From NCBI RefSeq assembly GCF_936981045.1, contig NZ_OW441264.1:690001-722000 (forward strand): a DNA stretch of 32,000 nucleotides, written 5' to 3'. The notes below the pieces were generated by a model. That model made no database searches and was not told the origin of the DNA. It saw only the letters and a list, made by a program, of their open reading frames with translations. A program made the translations under genes and the position numbers. Source of the DNA: Candidatus Saccharimonadota bacterium. Its GTDB lineage: Bacteria > Bacteroidota > Bacteroidia > Cytophagales > Amoebophilaceae. Shown here piece by piece: positions 27,850 through 32,000 of the stretch (its first letter is position 1; each line of letters starts with the position of its first letter).

Positions 27850-28092
27850 CTATCCCATAGGCTCACAAACCACCATAACCTGGTTATCAGCTATTGAGGT
27901 AAAACCACCTCTTATTGAAATGGACGATGAAATAGCCCCGACCGTATAAGTGATCTTCCCTGGTATTAAATTACTTAAAGTAGGCGCATGATTGGAAAGT
28001 ACCTGAAATGGACCAAGCGCACCCGGCAACTTCACACTACCCACCGTTCCATTAAAAAGCTTACCACTAGGCGATATGATCGATAAGTTCAT
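27850..28092 (-). CDS. atpC: F0F1 ATP synthase epsilon subunit (short form)
   Basis: The 80-aa ORF MNLSIISPSGKLFNGTVGSVKLPGALGPFQVLSNHAPTLSNL..G.I.Y......I.I.GGF matches the AtpC N-terminal beta-sandwich. No atpD lies upstream. Confidence 0.8.
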   Translation of the reverse strand: MNLSIISPSGKLFNGTVGSVKLPGALGPFQVLSNHAPTLSNLIPGKITYTVGAISSSISIRGGFTSIADNQVMVVCEPMG

Positions 28093-28142
28093 CTTTAGTG
28101 TATTTACTTATTTGGCAGAGAGCCACTTACAACCTAAACTAC

Positions 28143-28178
28143 TGATTATCTTTTCTCCTTTGATTATTTTTTCTCCTT
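28143..28178. repeat. Tandem 2 x 18-bp direct repeat upstream of atpC
   Basis: tgattatcttttctcctt followed by tgattattttttctcctt (16/18 identical), read directly. It lies 51-86 bp upstream of the atpC start on the minus strand. Confidence 0.85.
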
Positions 28179-28302
28179 CTTACTTAAGTGAAAGGTAACC
28201 AAAAGGTCTTTTAAAAGCAAATGTACTGAATAAAAATCGCACTTAACCATCTCACAAAGCAAACCGACTAGAAGGTACTCATTAGCTTTGAGTAAAATAA
28301 TA

Positions 28303-28541
28303 ACGTGAGTTCGGGATTTATTTGATTGATTTACAACAATTTAATATCAATTATTTAGTTAATATTTGCACCTATTTAACAAGTTTTTATATCTAATTTT
28401 ATAAATATAATATATATAATAAACTGATTACCAGAATTATTTGTTATTCAACTACCTATTTAACTGTCTATAAAACAAATTTTATAAATTTTCATTGATA
28501 TTGATTATCAAATGAAAAAATAATCTAATCCCGAATTCAGG
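28303..28541 (-). mobile_element. MITE, copy 4 (inverted relative to copy 3)
   Basis: It runs from cgtgagttcgggatttatttgattg... to ...aatctaatcccgaattcagg and is about 98% identical to copies 1 and 3. Confidence 0.85.
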
Positions 28542-28600
28542 TTAACTAAATAATTGATATTAAATTGTTGTAAATCAATCAAATAAATCCCGAACTCACG
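28542..28600 (+). mobile_element. Partial MITE end (59 bp), forming a long inverted repeat with the start of copy 4
   Basis: ttaactaaataattgatattaaattgttgtaaatcaatcaaataaatcccgaactcacg equals the last ~59 bp of a forward-oriented MITE starting at its internal TTAA. It is the reverse complement of about 28303-28360. Confidence 0.75.
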
Positions 28601-29392
28601 TTATTACAAAGTTTAGGTTTAGAAGTATGGACAGTGCATACCGTCCAATTTTCAAACCATAGAGGCTATGGCGATTGGAAGGGTCAGGTATTTTCCGCAC
28701 AACACATAACTGACCTGATTCAAGGCTTAGAAGCACAAGGCCTTGCCGAAAAATGTGACGGTATTTTATCCGGTTATATCGGCGATAGATCTATTGGTAA
28801 AGTTATTATCAATACGGTTGAACGTTTCAAAAAAATCAACCCCAATCTTTTCTACCTTTGTGACCCAGTAATGGGTAGTAATGATCACAAGCGCTGTTTT
28901 GTACAAGAAGATATTCCTCCCTTTTTTAAAGAATATTTATCTGTAGCTGATATCATAACACCTAATCATTTCGAAGCAGAGATGCTATACGGAGCAAAAA
29001 TTAACAACACCCAACAATTAAAACAAGCCGCCTACTTTTTTCATCAACAAGGCATTAAAACGGTTATGGTTACAGACCTACAATAGGAGGACATATATCC
29101 AAATGAACATTGCGCTTTTTTTTCAGACCAAGGGATACAACCCCACTGGCTTGTTACAGCACCCAAGATACCATTAGACACACCTATCAATGGTTCCGGA
29201 GATCTTTTTTCCGCGCTGTATTTAGGATTTAACCTGCTGGGCTATTCGCAGCTTAAATCTTTTGAATATGCATTCAATAAAACGCAGGAAATTATTATGG
29301 AGATCACTCTAGCTAAACAAAGAGAATTAAAAATTTTGGGACATAATTATTGTGCACACTCTAAATTAGATACGAAGTTGACCCCAATTTAA
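28601..29392 (+). pseudogene. pdxK: Pyridoxal kinase (PdxK/PdxY family), 5'-truncated by a MITE and carrying an in-frame TAG
   Basis: The frame reads LQSLGLEVWTVHTVQFSNHRGYGDWKG...YLCDPVMG...ADIITPNHFEAE... straight out of the MITE end. TAG at 29084-29086 is followed, in the same frame, by ...INGSGDLFSALYLG... to TAA at 29390-29392. Confidence 0.8.
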
Positions 29393-29484
29393 ATATAAAG
29401 ATAGATTCTTATATTAGGATTATTCTAATTACTAGGATAACTGTTGAACCAGCCCTTAGATAATCCAGCAAGCAACCGATCCTT

Positions 29485-30231
29485 CTACTCCCATAAAGTT
29501 TCCTGCTCTGGTTGAATATTGATATTATGATAGACCTTTTGTATATCATCGTCATCCTTGAGCGCATCTATAAGCTTTATAAGTTTAAGGAATGCGGCAT
29601 CACTTACTTGTACCAGCGTACGAGGAATATACTTTAAACCCGCAGAAGTTGGTGCAATAGCAAGTGTTTCCAAGTGTTTTTGTACTTTTCCAAAGTCTTC
29701 TACACCACAAATCACATGGGCATATGCAACATCGTTTTCTAATGCTTCTGCTCCTGCATCTATCAACCCTAATGTAAAATCATCCTGGCCTTTAATATCA
29801 GCTGCAGGAATGGTAAAGACCCCTTTGTAATCAAATAAAAAAGCAATCGCACCACTTTTTTCTAAACTGCCGCCATATTTAGTAAATATGGCCCGCACAT
29901 TAGCTACTGTCCTAACGATTTTATCAGTCATACAGACCACCATAATAGCCACACCATGTGGGCCACACCCCTCATAGGTCACTTCATGATAGGCTGCTAC
30001 ATCATGCCCACTAGCCTTGCTAATGGCACGAAGAATAGCCTCTTTAGGCATATTAGCCCCCTTGGCATTTTGAACGGCCAAACGCAATCGTGGGTTAAAC
30101 TCTGGTTCCCCTCCTGCACTCCTAGCAGCTACGGTGATCTCCTTAGCCAGCTTTGTAAAAATTTTACTTTTTTTTGCATCATTTACACCCTTTTTATGCT
30201 TGATATTAGACCACTTACTATGTCCTGCCAT
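29485..30231 (-). CDS. yebC: YebC/PmpR-family DNA-binding regulator
   Basis: 248-aa ORF with the hallmark start MAGHSKWSNIKHKKG..DAKKSKIFTKL.KEI.VAAR. Confidence 0.93.
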   Translation of the reverse strand: MAGHSKWSNIKHKKGVNDAKKSKIFTKLAKEITVAARSAGGEPEFNPRLRLAVQNAKGANMPKEAILRAISKASGHDVAAYHEVTYEGCGPHGVAIMVVCMTDKIVRTVANVRAIFTKYGGSLEKSGAIAFLFDYKGVFTIPAADIKGQDDFTLGLIDAGAEALENDVAYAHVICGVEDFGKVQKHLETLAIAPTSAGLKYIPRTLVQVSDAAFLKLIKLIDALKDDDDIQKVYHNINIQPEQETLWE

Positions 30232-30370
30232 TGTATTGCTTCATTATAGATAAAGTATAAGAAAAACAGTTAGAACTGTAGGTAAGCTGTATAACAATTA
30301 CTACCCAAATAATAATATATATAAACATAATTAGATACCCTATAAGATAAAAAAAGCCGGGAAATGCGAA

Positions 30371-31393
30371 TTATTTGTCGAATAGATCAGCCGTATAAGG
30401 CAAGCCCAAATGCTTATAAGCTGCCTCTGTTGCAACCCTTCCACGTGGCGTACGTTTGATATATCCTTCTTGAATAAGAAATGGTTCATATACTTCTTCT
30501 ATTGTTTCTGCCTCCTCCAGGCAAGCAGTTGCAATAGTGGTAAGGCCTACAGGACCACCCTTGAATTTTTCAATAATATTGATAAGAATACGTTTGTCCA
30601 TTTCATCTAGTCCATTCTCATCCACATTCAAGGCCGCTAAACTTAATGTAACCATATCTTTGGTAATGCGTCCATCCCCTTTAATCTGGGCAAAATCCCG
30701 CGTACGTTTCAGCAGATTATTGGCTATACGTGGGGTTCCTCGACTACGCCTTGCAATTTCATAAGCAGCTTCTTGGTCAATAGGTGTACCCCATATACCA
30801 CTGGCGCGCTGAACAATTTTGGTCAGTAACGTAGCATGATAGTAATCCAATCGCGCATTAATACCAAAACGAGCCCGTAATGGTGCAGTGAGCAAACCGG
30901 AACGAGTAGTAGCCCCAATTAAGGTAAAAGGGTTGAGTGCCAATTGTACACTACGTGCGTTGGGACCTGCATCCAGCATAATGTCTATTTTAAAATCCTC
31001 CATGGCTGTATATAGGTACTCTTCCACTATAGGGTTAAGACGATGGATCTCATCTATAAAAAGCATATTAGTAGGTTCTAAACTAGTCAACAACCCTGCT
31101 AAATCCCCTGGTTTATCCAATACTGGACCAGAAGTAATTTTTATATTGGTATTCAGTTCATAAGCAATAATATAGGCCAATGTCGTTTTCCCTAAACCAG
31201 GCGGACCATGTAACAGCACATGGTCCAAGGCTTCTTTCCTTTGCTGAGCAGCTGCTGCAAATATTTGAATATTCTGGACTAGTTTTTCTTGCCCAAAAAA
31301 GTCGTTGAATTGAAGGGGACGTAAGGCTTTATCAAGCTGTTCTTCTGGTTTTCTTAGCACACTAAAGGGGCCATTGATAAGATCATGCTCCAT
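30371..31393 (-). CDS. ruvB: Holliday junction branch migration helicase RuvB
   Basis: It has LRP..F.DF.GQEK, Walker [12 protein letters not shown], Walker [10 protein letters not shown] and a C-terminal winged helix. The start is placed at ATG 31393 (MEHDL...). The 19-codon extension in the track overlaps the divergent neighbouring gene. Confidence 0.95.
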   Translation of the reverse strand: MEHDLINGPFSVLRKPEEQLDKALRPLQFNDFFGQEKLVQNIQIFAAAAQQRKEALDHVLLHGPPGLGKTTLAYIIAYELNTNIKITSGPVLDKPGDLAGLLTSLEPTNMLFIDEIHRLNPIVEEYLYTAMEDFKIDIMLDAGPNARSVQLALNPFTLIGATTRSGLLTAPLRARFGINARLDYYHATLLTKIVQRASGIWGTPIDQEAAYEIARRSRGTPRIANNLLKRTRDFAQIKGDGRITKDMVTLSLAALNVDENGLDEMDKRILINIIEKFKGGPVGLTTIATACLEEAETIEEVYEPFLIQEGYIKRTPRGRVATEAAYKHLGLPYTADLFDK

Positions 31394-31440
31394 TTTTTCT
31401 ATCTTTACTAAACCAAAATATACGTAAAAAAATATCAATA

Positions 31441-32000
31441 ATGAGACCAAAAATCAAACTACTCAAGCTATTGACGCTATCATTTATAGGGCTTTATCTG
31501 GTTATTCGGCTTTCCAACATGCTGATAGAGTGGACTGATTACTGCCCATTGAACCACTGTGTGCTTGAGCGCTTTATGTTACGCATCATCATTTGTTGCA
31601 CTGCTTTGACCTACTATTTACATCTACAGGAAAAAAAAGGTATAGAACACCCTATACAGCCAAGTACCAATGGTTATAGATTAACCATTGGTACAATATT
31701 GACCCAACTCATGATGACATTTGCCTTAATGGTACTCAGCAGCATTCAAGAGGCATTAGGGTATCCCAGCGTACAACCTGTATTACATTTTAGTAGTAGA
31801 ATCGATTTTTTATACCGTGGCATTGTAGAAATAACCTGCCTAGCTGCTATCTTAGAAGAACTGTTGTTTCGAGGTATTTTAGAAAAACTACTCAGTAACA
31901 TTACGCCCATCCGATCATGGATTACCATGATCAGTGCGCTAACCTTTAGCTTGATGCACTATAATATGATCAATAACCTATTGTATTTTGTAATGGGATG
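31441..32000 (+). CDS. CPBP-family (CAAX-type) intramembrane metalloprotease, N-terminal part (3' end lies outside the window)
   Basis: The frame is open from ATG 31441 to the window edge. It has several hydrophobic segments, the EELLFRG motif and a downstream FSLMH motif. It is absent from the ORF track because no stop is reached. Confidence 0.7.
   Translation, partial: MRPKIKLLKLLTLSFIGLYLVIRLSNMLIEWTDYCPLNHCVLERFMLRIIICCTALTYYLHLQEKKGIEHPIQPSTNGYRLTIGTILTQLMMTFALMVLSSIQEALGYPSVQPVLHFSSRIDFLYRGIVEITCLAAILEELLFRGILEKLLSNITPIRSWITMISALTFSLMHYNMINNLLYFVMG

Noticed and set aside
27695-27949. 84-aa plus-strand ORF between the CIS operon and atpC
   Set aside because: Its 3' 100 bp is antisense to the clearly recognisable atpC. 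It has no family resemblance and starts at a non-ATG codon. It is treated as spurious.
4489-28600. The dispersed ~238-bp repeats as a possible CRISPR array or other regularly spaced repeat system
   Set aside because: The repeats are far too long. They carry terminal inverted repeats and target-site duplications, lie kilobases apart in both orientations, and have no short unique spacers between them. They are MITEs.
7364-29086. Recurrent in-frame TAG codons in otherwise open frames (IS982 at 7364-7366, the IS6 N-terminus near 12797-12799, IS256 #2 at 16325-16327, pdxK at 29084-29086), which might indicate TAG reassignment or read-through
   Set aside because: TAG is also used as the ordinary terminator of well-defined genes here (ybeY at 16161-16163; the 259-aa gene at 8055-8057). 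All the affected genes are mobile-element or otherwise damaged genes. Nonsense mutations under AT-biased decay are the simpler explanation.
1-31393. HslU, Lon or RuvB as the AAA+ ATPase partner (Afp15/ClpV-like) of the CIS module
   Set aside because: All three show the full canonical housekeeping architectures and motifs and are unlinked to the CIS operon. There is no sign of the Afp15-type ATPase in the window.
31394-31450. 19-codon N-terminal extension of ruvB (and the analogous 18-codon extension of ybeY at 15645-15698)
   Set aside because: The extensions are hydrophobic or atypical. The ruvB extension overlaps the divergent CPBP gene start. Internal ATGs give N-termini matching the families.
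1-32000. tRNA, rRNA, riboswitch or other structured RNA genes in intergenic regions
   Set aside because: I found no cloverleaf-compatible sequence with a GTTCGAATC-type T-loop and matching acceptor arms in the non-coding stretches. The only RNA-like candidates are the group II intron and the weak tmRNA-like fragment, both reported separately.

Overview
This is an AT-rich bacterial chromosome segment. It looks like an IS-ridden, host-associated Bacteroidota genome of the Amoebophilus/Cardinium type. That placement is inferred from gene content, the IS load and the short AtpC; it is not a database result.

Ordinary housekeeping genes are hslU (3' end), rseP, lon, gpsA, a PlsB-like acyltransferase, ybeY, gyrA, atpC, yebC, ruvB and a CPBP protease (5' end).

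They are interleaved with heavily decayed mobile DNA:
- four near-identical 238-bp MITEs plus one partial end, all sharing the terminal inverted repeats (TIRs) of an IS982-family element;
- two IS256-family elements;
- an IS6-family element split by a group II intron;
- a serine-recombinase pseudogene;
- a MITE-truncated pdxK pseudogene.

The stand-out system is a ~6-kb minus-strand operon at 21500-27502 encoding the tail part of a contractile injection system (Afp/PVC-like, T6SS-iv-like). It runs DUF4255 cap, a 286-aa unknown, sheath, two non-canonical small proteins, a gp19-type tube, an unannotated 55-aa ORF, and an Afp7-like protein whose LysM region is replaced by a ~215-aa GC-rich G/S/A/P(+Tyr) low-complexity domain with a basic tail.

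No baseplate, spike, tape-measure or ATPase genes follow. The module ends at an IS982/MITE scar and is bracketed by inverted MITE copies.

A second region of interest is a small islet at 7988-10331 with two lipoprotein-signal proteins, one of them SUKH/SMI1-like, next to the recombinase remnant.

No rRNA, tRNA or CRISPR was seen.
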